Assembly (NCBI GenBank): GCA_039794265.1
Contig: JBDIVR010000002.1
Location: 64,619 to 128,618, forward strand
Direction of reading: 5' to 3'
DNA length: 64,000 nucleotides
From: Myxococcota bacterium
Lineage (GTDB): Bacteria > Myxococcota_A > UBA9160 > PR03
A program made the translations under genes and the position numbers. Within the stretch, counting starts at the first letter, position 1, and every line of letters starts with the position of its first letter. Below the pieces are notes generated by a model. The model had not been told where the DNA came from, searched no databases, and saw nothing but the letters and a program-made list of their open reading frames with translations. Positions 40,158-49,862 of this stretch are shown one piece after another.

Positions 40158-40250
40158 CTAGCGGACGGCAGCGCGAAACGGCACGTGCACGGGGACGAGC
40201 TCGATCCGGGTGATGGCCGGGGACCGAGTGAGGATCGCGGACGGCGACAT
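40158..40250 (-). pseudogene. 30-codon N-terminal stub resembling an enolase-superfamily (MR/MLE) N-terminus
   Basis: MSPSAILTRSPAITRIELVPVHVPFRAAVR then TAG. It is too short for a firm call. Confidence 0.3.
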
Positions 40251-40389
40251 GGACGGATTGTAATCGCGTGCCGTTCGCGAATGCGAATCCGGCCGGCGGA
40301 TCCGCGCTCGCCGTGCTGACCGATACCCGACAGTCGGTCAGCGATCGGCCCTTGCTCGGCAGCGTCGCAGAGGGGGATCATCCATCGCA

Positions 40390-42204
40390 GTGGGTGAGGC
40401 GCTTTCTTCCGATCCGTCCAGTCTGCTCGATGCGATCCGCGAACCCGCGGATCTGCGCCGGCTTCCGCGCGCGTCACTGACATGCGTCGCCGACGAACTG
40501 CGCGAGCGATTGATCGAGCTCGGCGCGAGCCAGGGCGGACACTTCGCCGGCAGCCTCGGCGTCGTCGAGCTGACCGTGGCGCTGCACGCGGTGTTCGAGA
40601 CGCCGCGCGATCGCATCGTCTGGGACGTCGGCCACCAGGCCTACGGGCACAAGGCGCTCACCGGACGGCTCGATGCGCTGGCGCGCATCCGCCGCGCGGA
40701 CGGACCGAGCGGCTTCCTGCGGCGGACCGAGAGTCCCTTCGACGTGTTCGGCGCCGGGCATGCCGGCACGTCGATCTCCGCGGCGCTCGGAATCGCCGAG
40801 GCGCTGCGCCGGCGCGGCGAGGACGCGCACGCGGTGGCGGTGATCGGCGATGGCGGCGCCACCGCGGGCATGGCGTTCGAGGCGTTGAACCACGCCGGTG
40901 GGCTGGCGGCCCTCGGGCCAGCGCTCCGCGTCGTCTACAACGAGAACGGGATGTCGATCGCGCCGAACGTCGGCGGACTCTCCCGGACGGGGGACGTGCG
41001 CGGCTATTGCGAGGCGCTCGGACTGCCCGTCCTCGGTCCCGTCGACGGCCACGACCTCGAGGCGCTGCTGGCCGCGCTCGAGACGCTGCGCGCGCACGCG
41101 GGCCCGGCCGTCCTGCACGTGCGCACGCGCAAGGGCAAGGGGTTCGCATTGGCGGAGGCCGATCCGTTCCGCTGGCACGCCACCGCGCCGTTCGAACGCG
41201 CGAGCGGCACGCGGCGCGCCGGCGCGCCGGGCCCGCCGAGCTGGACGGCCTGCTTCGCCGAAGCGCTCGCGCGGATCGCCGCGCGCGACCCCCGCGTCGT
41301 CGCCATCACCGCCGCGATGCCCGACGGCACCGGCCTCGATCGCTTCGCCGAGCGGTTTCCGGACCGCGTCTACGACGTCGGCATCGCCGAGCAGCACGCG
41401 GTCACGTTCGCGGCCGGACTCGCCAGCGAGGGCCTGCGTCCGGTCTGTGCGATCTACTCGAGCTTCCTGCAGCGCGGCTTCGATCAGATCGCCCACGACG
41501 TCGCGCTCCAGGAGCTCCCTGTGACGTTTGCGCTCGATCGCGCCGGGCTCGTCGGTGCGGATGGCCCGACGCACCACGGTGTGCTCGATCTCGCGTACCT
41601 GCGCGCGATCCCGGGCCTCGTCGTCGCCGCTCCGCGCGACGAGAACCAATTGCAGCACCTGCTGGCGACGGCCATCGAGTCGGGTCGGCCGTTCGCGCTG
41701 CGCTTCCCGCGCGGCGCCGCGTGCGGCGTCGCGCTCGATCCGGATCCGAAGCCACTGCCGATCGGACGCGGGGAGCTCTTGCGCGATGGAACGGATGTCG
41801 CGCTCGTGGCGCTCGGCCGGACCGTGTCGGCCGCCCTGGGCGCCGCTGCGCGTCTTGCGGCAGACGGGATCTCGGCCGCCGTGCTCGATGCGCGCTTCGC
41901 GAAGCCGCTCGACGAGGAGTTGCTGCGCGAGGTGGCCGAGCGCATCGGCGTAGTGCTCACCGTCGAGGATCATCTGCTCGCCGGCGGGTTCGGGAGCGCC
42001 GTGCTGGAAATGCTGTCGCTTCACGCGCCGGAGACGCGCGTGCAGCGGATCGGCATCGACGACCGTTTCATCGAGCACGCCGAACAGAGCGAGCAGTGGC
42101 TCCAGGTCGGCCTCGATGCGGACGCCATTGCCGATGCCGCGCTGGCGGCGCTGGCGGAGAGCGCTGGTCCCGCGCGTTGCCGGCGGCCGGGCATGGCGCG
42201 ATGA
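40390..42204 (+). CDS. dxs: 1-deoxy-D-xylulose-5-phosphate synthase
   Basis: GGHFAGSLGVVELTVALH and WDVGHQAYGHKALTGR motifs. 604 aa, GTG start. Confidence 0.95.
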   Translation: MGEALSSDPSSLLDAIREPADLRRLPRASLTCVADELRERLIELGASQGGHFAGSLGVVELTVALHAVFETPRDRIVWDVGHQAYGHKALTGRLDALARIRRADGPSGFLRRTESPFDVFGAGHAGTSISAALGIAEALRRRGEDAHAVAVIGDGGATAGMAFEALNHAGGLAALGPALRVVYNENGMSIAPNVGGLSRTGDVRGYCEALGLPVLGPVDGHDLEALLAALETLRAHAGPAVLHVRTRKGKGFALAEADPFRWHATAPFERASGTRRAGAPGPPSWTACFAEALARIAARDPRVVAITAAMPDGTGLDRFAERFPDRVYDVGIAEQHAVTFAAGLASEGLRPVCAIYSSFLQRGFDQIAHDVALQELPVTFALDRAGLVGADGPTHHGVLDLAYLRAIPGLVVAAPRDENQLQHLLATAIESGRPFALRFPRGAACGVALDPDPKPLPIGRGELLRDGTDVALVALGRTVSAALGAAARLAADGISAAVLDARFAKPLDEELLREVAERIGVVLTVEDHLLAGGFGSAVLEMLSLHAPETRVQRIGIDDRFIEHAEQSEQWLQVGLDADAIADAALAALAESAGPARCRRPGMAR

Positions 42205-43118
42205 GCGACGCCGCCCTTCCGCCGGCGCTGCGCGCCGCCTACGACCACTGCGCCGGAGTGCTCCAGCGCAGCGGATCGAGCTTCGCCGCCGCGTTCTGGA
42301 TGCTGCCCGCGTCGCAGCGGCGCGCCCTGCACGCCGTGTACGCGTTCTGCCGGCTCGCCGACGACGTCGCCGACGACCCCGCCGTCCGCGGCGATCGACA
42401 GCTCCTGCTCGAACGCTGGCGCGCCGAGCTCGCCGCGGCCTATCGCGGCGACGCCAGGCACCCTGTCGGCATCGCCCTCGGCGACGCCGTGCAGCGGTTC
42501 CGGCTGCCGCAGGACGTGTTCCTCGACCTGCTGCGCGGGGTCGAGTCGGATCTGTCCGGCGAAGCGATCGAGACCTGGGCGGACCTCGAGCGCTATTGCT
42601 ACCGCGTCGCGTCCACCGTTGGCTTGCTGCTGGTGCGCGTGCTCGGCGCGCGCCATCCGGACTCGCTCGAGTACGCGCGGCAGATGGGGATCGCCGTGCA
42701 GCTGACGAACGTGCTGCGCGACGTCGGTGAGGATGCCGCGGGCGGGCGCGTCTATCTCGCGCGCGAGGATCTGGCGCGGATGCACGTGCGTCCGGAGAAT
42801 CTGGGCGAAGGCAAGCTCACCGAAGAGATCCGTCTCCTGCTCGCGCTCTACGCCGAGCGCGCGCGCATCCGTTACGAGACCGCCGCCCGGCTGCTTCCGG
42901 CCGAGGACCGCCGCGTGCTCCGGCCGGCCGAGGCGATGGGCCGCATCTACCGCGTGCTGCTCGAAGAGATCCATCGGCAGGGCTTCCCGTGTCTCGGGCC
43001 GGCGGTTCGGCTGTCGAAGTCGCGACGGCTCGCGATCGCCGCGGGGATCTGGCTCGGCTTCGGCCAGCCGCGGTCGGGATCTGGGATCGGGAGCTTCGCG
43101 CGCGCGGGCCGCCGATGA
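42201..43118 (+). CDS. hpnD: Presqualene diphosphate synthase (squalene/phytoene synthase family, HpnD-like)
   Basis: ATGA overlap with dxs. YAFCRLADDVADD and NVLRDVGEDAAGGRVYL Asp-rich motifs. Lies in a hopanoid gene context. Confidence 0.78.
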   Translation: MSDAALPPALRAAYDHCAGVLQRSGSSFAAAFWMLPASQRRALHAVYAFCRLADDVADDPAVRGDRQLLLERWRAELAAAYRGDARHPVGIALGDAVQRFRLPQDVFLDLLRGVESDLSGEAIETWADLERYCYRVASTVGLLLVRVLGARHPDSLEYARQMGIAVQLTNVLRDVGEDAAGGRVYLAREDLARMHVRPENLGEGKLTEEIRLLLALYAERARIRYETAARLLPAEDRRVLRPAEAMGRIYRVLLEEIHRQGFPCLGPAVRLSKSRRLAIAAGIWLGFGQPRSGSGIGSFARAGRR

Positions 43119-44227
43119 GCGACATCCCGGCGCGCAAGCTCGAGCACCTCGAGTTGTGTATCCGCGAGGACGTCGAGGCGCGGCGCGGCACGCTGCTCGA
43201 CGACGTGCAGCTACTCCACGAGGCGCTGCCGGAACTCGCGTGGCACGAGGTGGACCCGTCGATCGAACTGTTCGGTCGCCAGCTGCAGGCGCCGCTGCTG
43301 ATCAGTGGCATGACCGGCGGCGCGCCCGAGGCACGCGAGGTCAACCTCGCGCTCGCCGCCGCCGCGCAGAAGAACGGTTTCGGCATCGGCGTCGGCTCGC
43401 AGCGGGCGATGCTGGTGGATCCCGCCGTGGCCGAGACGTATCGGCTTCGCGAGGTGGCGCCCGACGTGTTGCTGCTGGCCAATCTCGGCGCGGTCCAGGC
43501 TCGCGAGGTGGGGCCAGAGCGTGTCGCCGCGCTGGCGCGCGCGATCGGTGCGGACGCCGTGTGCATCCACCTGAACGTGGCCCAGGAGCTGGTGCAGGAC
43601 GACGGCGACCGGGACTTTCGCGGGCTCCTCGGCGCGCTGTCCGAGCTCGCGCAGGAGCTGCCGATCCCGGTGATCGTCAAGGAGACCGGCTGTGGGCTTG
43701 CGCCGCGCACGCTCGCGCGGCTGCGGAGGGCGGGGGTGCGCTGGGTCGATGTCGCCGGCGCCGGCGGCACGAGCTGGACCCGTGTCGAATCGCTTCGCGG
43801 CTCGCCGCGCCAGCAGGCGATCGGCGGGTTGCTGAGCGAATGGGGCGTGCCGACGGCCGCGTCGATCGTCTACGCCGAGCGGGCCGGGTTCGACGTGATC
43901 GCTTCGGGCGGCGTGCGCAATGCGCTCGACGTCGCGCGCGCGCTGGCGCTCGGCGCGCAGGTCGCCGGGCTCGCGCTGCCCTTCCTGCGCGCCTGGGCGG
44001 CAGGGGGCAGCGAAGGAGTCATGAAGGCCGGCGAGGCGCTCAGCGAGGGTCTGCGTGCGGTGATGGCGCTGACCGGCTCGCGGCGCGTCGCCGATCTGCG
44101 GGAGGCGCCCCGCGTGCTCGGTCCAGAGCTCGAACGCTGGCTCGATCCGCGCGTGTCCCGGGGGCCTGCTGACCGATTCGACGGTTCCGGTCAGCAATCC
44201 CGGGGTGTCGGAGGCGCCGAAATTTGA
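43115..44227 (+). CDS. fni: Type 2 isopentenyl-diphosphate delta-isomerase (FMN-dependent)
   Basis: ATGA overlap with hpnD. PLLISGMTGG, VKETGCG and ASGGVRN motifs. Confidence 0.9.
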   Translation: MSDIPARKLEHLELCIREDVEARRGTLLDDVQLLHEALPELAWHEVDPSIELFGRQLQAPLLISGMTGGAPEAREVNLALAAAAQKNGFGIGVGSQRAMLVDPAVAETYRLREVAPDVLLLANLGAVQAREVGPERVAALARAIGADAVCIHLNVAQELVQDDGDRDFRGLLGALSELAQELPIPVIVKETGCGLAPRTLARLRRAGVRWVDVAGAGGTSWTRVESLRGSPRQQAIGGLLSEWGVPTAASIVYAERAGFDVIASGGVRNALDVARALALGAQVAGLALPFLRAWAAGGSEGVMKAGEALSEGLRAVMALTGSRRVADLREAPRVLGPELERWLDPRVSRGPADRFDGSGQQSRGVGGAEI

Positions 44228-44287
44228 AACCGTTCCCGGCTCTGGACGTCGAAACGCGTGTCCGTGCGTCGCCGGAGGGAGGAGTCG

Positions 44288-45025
44288 ATGATGCCGGAGA
44301 GCCCGCCGGACGGTCCGCTCGCCGCAGCAGCGGTGACCGCCGGACCGGCTGCTGCGCCGGCCTCGCTGTCGTCGCAGCAGGTTCCGGCGCGCCGCCGGCC
44401 GCCGGATGCGAAGGCGCGCACCCAGGCGCGCATCCTCGAAGCCGCCGCTCCCTTGTTTGCCGCGCGCGGCTACGACGGTGCCAGCATCACGGCGATCGCG
44501 ACCCGCGCCAAGGTCTCGCGCTCCGCGGTGTTCTGGCATTTCGGCGACAAGGAAACGCTGTTTCGGGAGACCTTCCGGCAGATGCTCGTGCCGTTTGCCG
44601 AGAAGATCGCCGGCAGCCTGACGCACCCAGACCCCGCCGTGCGCCTGCTCGAGCTGCTCAGCGTCTACGAGCGCTTCGTCGACGAACAGAAGTCCGCGAT
44701 CCAGGCCTTCGTGCGCTGGACGATCGAGTCGCCGACGCTTCGAGCGTCGATCCGCGAGCCGCTCTTCGCGATGCACGATCACTTCGCCCGCGATGTCAGC
44801 GAGGCTCTCGCCGAGGCGCTCGGAGACGCGACCTCGGCCGAAGCGATGGCGATGGGCATCTTGTCGATGTTGCACGGGAATCTGTTGCTCGCGATCGTCG
44901 ACGGCGACGCGCGACGCGCCCGGCTGCGGCGGGTCGGTCTGCGCAGTGTGGTGGAACGCGCGCTCGCGTCGGGCTCCGGTTCGGGCGCTGCGCCCGCGTC
45001 GCGCTCGCCGCGGGGAGATGCGTGA
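44288..45025 (+). CDS. TetR/AcrR-family transcriptional regulator
   Basis: HTH segment ILEAAAPLFAARGYDGASITAIATRAKVSRSAVFWHFGDKETLF. ATG 44288 follows GGAGGGAGGAG; GTG 44258 is an alternative start. Confidence 0.85.
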   Translation: MMPESPPDGPLAAAAVTAGPAAAPASLSSQQVPARRRPPDAKARTQARILEAAAPLFAARGYDGASITAIATRAKVSRSAVFWHFGDKETLFRETFRQMLVPFAEKIAGSLTHPDPAVRLLELLSVYERFVDEQKSAIQAFVRWTIESPTLRASIREPLFAMHDHFARDVSEALAEALGDATSAEAMAMGILSMLHGNLLLAIVDGDARRARLRRVGLRSVVERALASGSGSGAAPASRSPRGDA

Positions 45026-45909
45026 GCGCGGGCGCGAAGGCGTCTGCACTAGACGTCGACGATCTGCTCGCGAAGGCCGCGCACGAGAACTTTCCGGTCG
45101 CACCGCGCTGGCTGCCGCGCCGACTGCGCGACGACCTGCTCGCGATCTACGGATTCGCGCGGCTCGTCGACGACGCCGGCGACGAATCGGCCGGAGACCG
45201 TCTCGCGCTGCTCGACGCGATCGAGGCGGACCTGCTGCGCGCGGCGGCAGGCGACGCTCGCCATCCGCTGGTCCGCCGGCTCGCGCCGGCGCTGCGCAGC
45301 GCTCGCCTGCCGATCGAGCCGCTGCAGCGCCTGGTCGAGGCCAACCGGCGCGACCAGCACGTCGCGCGCTACGAGAGCTGGACGCAGCTCCGGGACTACT
45401 GCTCGCTGTCGGCAACGCCGGTTGGCGAGCTGGTCCTGCACGTGCTCGGCGCCGCGACGCCGGATCGCATCGCACTGTCCGATGCCGTGTGCACCGGTCT
45501 TCAGCTGATCGAACACTGTCAGGACGTCGCGGAGGACCGCAAGCGCGGTCGCGTGTACCTGCCGGCCGAAACCATGGCGCGCGCGGGAGCGCGCGAGAGC
45601 GATCTCGATACGCAGCCGGCGCCCGCGCCGCTGCGGGCCGCGCTGGCGTTCGAGGAGGCGAGGGTCCGGGCCCTGCTCGCCGCGGCCGAGCCGCTGGTCG
45701 CTTCGCTGCACGGAACGGCGCGGCTGCTGGTGGCGGGCTTCGCCGCCGGCGGCTTCGCCGCCGCGGATGCGCTGGCGCGAGCGGATCACGATCCGAGCGC
45801 GGGCGCGCCGCGGGCGCGCCGGCGCGATGTCATCCGGCATGTTCTGGTGCTGCTGTGGCGAGCGTGGCGAGTTCCCGCGGAGCTCGCGCCGCGCGAGCGA
45901 TCGGCGTGA
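45022..45909 (+). CDS. hpnC: Hydroxysqualene synthase (HpnC-like)
   Basis: GTGA overlap with tetR. HENFPVAPRWLP signature. Asp-rich motifs FARLVDDAGDE and CQDVAEDRKRGRVYLP. Confidence 0.78.
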   Translation: MSAGAKASALDVDDLLAKAAHENFPVAPRWLPRRLRDDLLAIYGFARLVDDAGDESAGDRLALLDAIEADLLRAAAGDARHPLVRRLAPALRSARLPIEPLQRLVEANRRDQHVARYESWTQLRDYCSLSATPVGELVLHVLGAATPDRIALSDAVCTGLQLIEHCQDVAEDRKRGRVYLPAETMARAGARESDLDTQPAPAPLRAALAFEEARVRALLAAAEPLVASLHGTARLLVAGFAAGGFAAADALARADHDPSAGAPRARRRDVIRHVLVLLWRAWRVPAELAPRERSA

Positions 45910-47264
45910 GCGCGACTCACGTCGTCATCGTGGGGGGCGGACTGGCGGGGCTGACGGCCGCCGTCGACTGCGCCGATGCCGGTGTCCGCGTGACGTTGCT
46001 GGAGGCACGGCCGCGGCTCGGCGGCGCGACCTGGTCGACTCGCCGGGGCGACCTCGACGTCGACAACGGCCAGCACGTGTTCCTGCGCTGCTGCACGGAG
46101 TACCTCGCGTTTCTCGATCGGCTCGGCGTGTCGGATCGCGTGCACGTGCAGTCGCCGCTCGCCGTGCCGGTCGCGGCGCCCGGCCGCGGCACCGCGTGGA
46201 TCCGGCGCGCCGCGCTGCCGAGTCCGGCGCATCTCGCGCCGAGTCTGCTGCGCTTCCATCATCTCCCGTTCGCCGAGCGGCTGCGCGCCGGGCGGACCGC
46301 GCGGCGCATCGGCGGCCTCGACCTCGCAGATCCGGTGCTGGATCGCGTGCGCTTCGGCGACTGGCTCGCGGCGCAGGGGGAGTCGCCGGCCGCGATCGAC
46401 GGCTTCTGGGATCTGCTGGTGCGGCCGACGCTCAACCTGCCGGCGCGCGAAGCGTCGCTGGCGCTGGCGACCAAGGTGATCCAGACCGGCTTCCTCGAGC
46501 GTGCCGATGCCGCCGATGTCGGTTGGGCCACGGTCCCGCTGAGCGAACTGCATGCGGACCCCGCCGAGCGCGCGTTGCGAGCCGCCGGAGCCCGCGTTCT
46601 CGTCCGAGCGCCGATCGCCTCTCTCGTCTCCGCGCGCGGCGAGCGGCCGGCCGTCGTCGTGCGCGGCGCGGCGCTCGAGGCCGATGCCGTGATCCTCGCG
46701 GTCCCGCACGAGGAGGCGGCCGAGCTGCTGCCGGCGTCGGCCACGATCGATCGCGCCGGCCTGCGCGCGCTCGGCCGGGCGCCGATCGCCAACCTCCATG
46801 TGGTATTCGACCGCAAGGTACTTCCGCATCCGCTGCTCGCCGGCATCGACACCCCGCTGCAATGGCTGTTCGACCGCACGCAGTCGTCGGGCCTCGAGCG
46901 CGGCCAGTATGTCGCGGTGTCGCTGTCGGCCGCCGACGAGTACCTCGGGCTCTCGCAGGCCGCGCTGCGCGAACAGTTCCTTCCCGCGTTCGCGGCGCTG
47001 CTTCCGGCCGCGCGAGATGCGCGCGTCGAGCGCTTCTTCGTGACCGTGGAGCGCGCGGCGACGTTCCGGCAGGCGCCCGGCACGCACGCCGCGCGACCGG
47101 GTCCGGACGTCGGCGTGCCGAACGTCTTCGTCGCGGGGGCTTGGACCGACACGGGCTGGCCGGCCACGATGGAAGGCGCCGTGCGCAGCGGCCACGCCGC
47201 TGCCCAGCGGGCGCTGCAAAGCCTCGGCCGCGCGCCCGCCGCGACGTCCGCCGCGGCGGCCTGA
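45906..47264 (+). CDS. hpnE: Hydroxysqualene dehydroxylase (FAD amine-oxidase fold, HpnE-like)
   Basis: GTGA overlap with hpnC. VVIVGGGLAGLTAA...LEARPRLGG motif. Positioned between hpnC and shc. Confidence 0.78.
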   Translation: MSATHVVIVGGGLAGLTAAVDCADAGVRVTLLEARPRLGGATWSTRRGDLDVDNGQHVFLRCCTEYLAFLDRLGVSDRVHVQSPLAVPVAAPGRGTAWIRRAALPSPAHLAPSLLRFHHLPFAERLRAGRTARRIGGLDLADPVLDRVRFGDWLAAQGESPAAIDGFWDLLVRPTLNLPAREASLALATKVIQTGFLERADAADVGWATVPLSELHADPAERALRAAGARVLVRAPIASLVSARGERPAVVVRGAALEADAVILAVPHEEAAELLPASATIDRAGLRALGRAPIANLHVVFDRKVLPHPLLAGIDTPLQWLFDRTQSSGLERGQYVAVSLSAADEYLGLSQAALREQFLPAFAALLPAARDARVERFFVTVERAATFRQAPGTHAARPGPDVGVPNVFVAGAWTDTGWPATMEGAVRSGHAAAQRALQSLGRAPAATSAAAA

Positions 47265-47310
47265 CGCCGCGCGCACCTCTCGGGCTCCGATCCAGAAAGG
47301 AACGCTCACG

Positions 47311-49188
47311 ATGACTGCCTCGCTCGCGAAACCGCTCGTCTCTCCCGCTGCGCAGGCCCTCGCTCGCGCTCGGGAGCGGCTGCTCGAGATCCAGAGCGAG
47401 GCGGGCTGGTGGAAGGGCGAGCTCGAAACCAACGTGACGATGGAGGCAGAGGATCTGCTGCTGCGGCAGTTCCTCGGCCGCGTCGATCCGGGGATCGTGC
47501 GGGAGACGGCCGCCTGGATCCGTTCGAAGCAGGACAAGGACGGCGGCTGGCCGATCTACTACGGCGGGCCGGCAGATCTGTCGGCGACCATCGAAGCGTA
47601 CACGGCGCTGCGTCTCGCGGGCGATCCCGCCGATTCGCTGCACATGGAACGCGCAGCCGATCTGGTCCGCGAACTCGGCGGGATCGAGCGCTCGCGCGTG
47701 TTCACCCGGATCTGGCTGGCGATGTTCGGCGAGTGGCCGTGGGAGCGTCTGCCGGCGCTGCCGCCTGAAGTGATCCTGCTGCCGAGCTGGTTCCCGCTGA
47801 ACATCTACGATTTCGGAAGCTGGGCGCGCCAGACGATCGTTCCGCTGTGCGTGGTGTCGTCGTTCCGCCCGCAGCGGTCGCTCGGCTTCGAGCTCGCCGA
47901 GCTGCGCACCGGCGACTGGCGCCCCGAGCGATTCCCGCTGCGGACGTGGCCGGGCCGCTTCCAGGCGCTCGATCGAGCGCTCCACCTGGTCCAGCGACAC
48001 CCGTTCGGGCCGCTGCGCCGGCAATCGCTCGCGCTGTGCGCCGAGTGGATCCTGAAGCGCCAGGAAGCGGACGGCTGCTGGGGCGGCATCCAGCCGCCGT
48101 GGGTGTACTCGATCATGGCGCTGCACCTGCTCGGCTACGCGATGGACCATCCGGCGCTCCAGAAGGGATGGGATGCGCTCGAGACGTTCGCGATCCGCGA
48201 AGACGGCATGCGCCGCTTCGAAGCGTGCCAGTCGCCAGTCTGGGATACGGCGCTGGCGATGGTGGCGCTGCGCGACGCCGGCGTCGCACCCGATCATCCG
48301 GCGATGGTTCGCGGCGGCCGCTACCTGCTCGAGCAGGAGATCCGCGTGCCGGGCGACTGGGCCGTGCGGCGGCCGGAGCTCGCGCCGGGCGGATGGGCCT
48401 TCGAGTTCGAGAACGACAACTACCCGGACATCGACGACACCGCCGAGGTCGTGCTCGCGCTGCGGGCGGCGGGCGCCGATCCGGCGCGGACGGAGGGCGC
48501 CGTGCGGCGCGCGATCGACTGGACGTACGGCATGCAGTGCAAGGACGGCGGCTGGGCGGCCTTCGACGTCGACAACACCCAGGCGCTGTGTGGCGAGCTT
48601 CCCTTCTGTGACTTCGGCGAAGTCATCGATCCGCCGAGCGCGGACGTCACGGCGCACGTCGTCGAGATGCTCGCCGAGGAGGGCCGCGCAGCGGATCCGC
48701 GCTGCCGGGCCGGCGTCGAGTGGCTCCTGCGCGCGCAGGAACCGGACGGCTCGTGGTTCGGGCGTTGGGGTGCGAACTACGTCTATGGAACCGGCGCGGT
48801 CGTACCGGCGCTGGTGCGATCGGGAACGGCGCCGGATCACCCCGCGATCCAGCGGGCGCTCCGCTGGCTCGTGTCCCGCCAGAATCCGGACGGCGGATGG
48901 GGCGAGGATCTCCGGTCGTACGAAGACCCGGCGTGGCGCGGCCGCGGCACGAGTACGGCTTCGCAGACCGCATGGGCGCTGCTGGCGCTGCTCGCGGCGG
49001 GCGAGCGCGGGCCGGTTGCGGAGCGGGGCGTCGAATGGCTGGCACGGACGCAGCTCCCGAATGGGGACTGGGACGAGCCGGAGTTCACCGGCACCGGCTT
49101 CCCGGGCGACTTCTACATCCGCTATCACCTCTACCGGCTGCACTTTCCGGTGATGGCGCTCGGGCGCTGGGTACGGGGGGAGGCGTGA
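47311..49188 (+). CDS. shc: Squalene-hopene cyclase
   Basis: DIDDTA catalytic motif and multiple QW repeats (e.g. RQNPDGGWGE, AQEPDGSWFGRWG). 625 aa. Confidence 0.95.
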   Translation: MTASLAKPLVSPAAQALARARERLLEIQSEAGWWKGELETNVTMEAEDLLLRQFLGRVDPGIVRETAAWIRSKQDKDGGWPIYYGGPADLSATIEAYTALRLAGDPADSLHMERAADLVRELGGIERSRVFTRIWLAMFGEWPWERLPALPPEVILLPSWFPLNIYDFGSWARQTIVPLCVVSSFRPQRSLGFELAELRTGDWRPERFPLRTWPGRFQALDRALHLVQRHPFGPLRRQSLALCAEWILKRQEADGCWGGIQPPWVYSIMALHLLGYAMDHPALQKGWDALETFAIREDGMRRFEACQSPVWDTALAMVALRDAGVAPDHPAMVRGGRYLLEQEIRVPGDWAVRRPELAPGGWAFEFENDNYPDIDDTAEVVLALRAAGADPARTEGAVRRAIDWTYGMQCKDGGWAAFDVDNTQALCGELPFCDFGEVIDPPSADVTAHVVEMLAEEGRAADPRCRAGVEWLLRAQEPDGSWFGRWGANYVYGTGAVVPALVRSGTAPDHPAIQRALRWLVSRQNPDGGWGEDLRSYEDPAWRGRGTSTASQTAWALLALLAAGERGPVAERGVEWLARTQLPNGDWDEPEFTGTGFPGDFYIRYHLYRLHFPVMALGRWVRGEA

Positions 49189-49853
49189 GCGGAGCGGTGG
49201 TGTCGCAGCGGCGCGACTTGTTGATCGCGACGGCGCTTCGTCTCGAGGCCTGGGCCCTGCGCGGCGCGGTTCCCGGCGCGCGCGTGCAGCGGATCGGCAT
49301 GGGTCCGGCGCGCGCGCAGCGTGCGGCGCACGGACTGCGATCGGATCCGGCGGTGGCCTGGGCGGTCGCCGGCGTTTGTGGCGCGCTCGACGCACAGCTC
49401 GCACCCGGCGTCGTCGTCGTCGCGTCGGCACTGCTCGGACCCGAGGGTCGGCGCATCGATCTCGATGCGGCGCCGCTCGCGGCGGCGCTGGCGCAGGCCG
49501 GCATCCCCGCGCATACCGGCGAGATCGCCTGCGTCGCAAAGGCCGCGACGGGCGCCGGGCGCGCGGCGCTGGCGGCGCGCGGCGCGTGCGCAGTCGACAT
49601 GGAGTCGTTCTGGCTGGCTGACGCGGCCGCGCATCGGCCCGTGGCGGTCCTGCGCGTCGTGCTCGACGGCCCTCGCCACGAACTCTGGCGCCCCTCGCTG
49701 CCGCTCCGCATCGTCACGGCGCTGCGCCGTCTGCGCGCAGCGGCTCCGGCGTTGGCGACGTGGGCCGGCGGCGTCGCCGCTGCGGCGCCGGACGCTCCAG
49801 CGAGCGCCGGCGTCCGCTCTTCCAGCTACCGCGAGCGCCCCGCGCTCGCCTGA
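49185..49853 (+). CDS. hpnG: Hopanoid-associated phosphorylase (PNP/UDP-1 fold, HpnG-like)
   Basis: GTGA overlap with shc. Nucleosidase-like VDMES motif. Lies between shc and hpnH. Confidence 0.72.
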   Translation: MSGAVVSQRRDLLIATALRLEAWALRGAVPGARVQRIGMGPARAQRAAHGLRSDPAVAWAVAGVCGALDAQLAPGVVVVASALLGPEGRRIDLDAAPLAAALAQAGIPAHTGEIACVAKAATGAGRAALAARGACAVDMESFWLADAAAHRPVAVLRVVLDGPRHELWRPSLPLRIVTALRRLRAAAPALATWAGGVAAAAPDAPASAGVRSSSYRERPALA

Positions 49854-49862
49854 GGGGATTCC

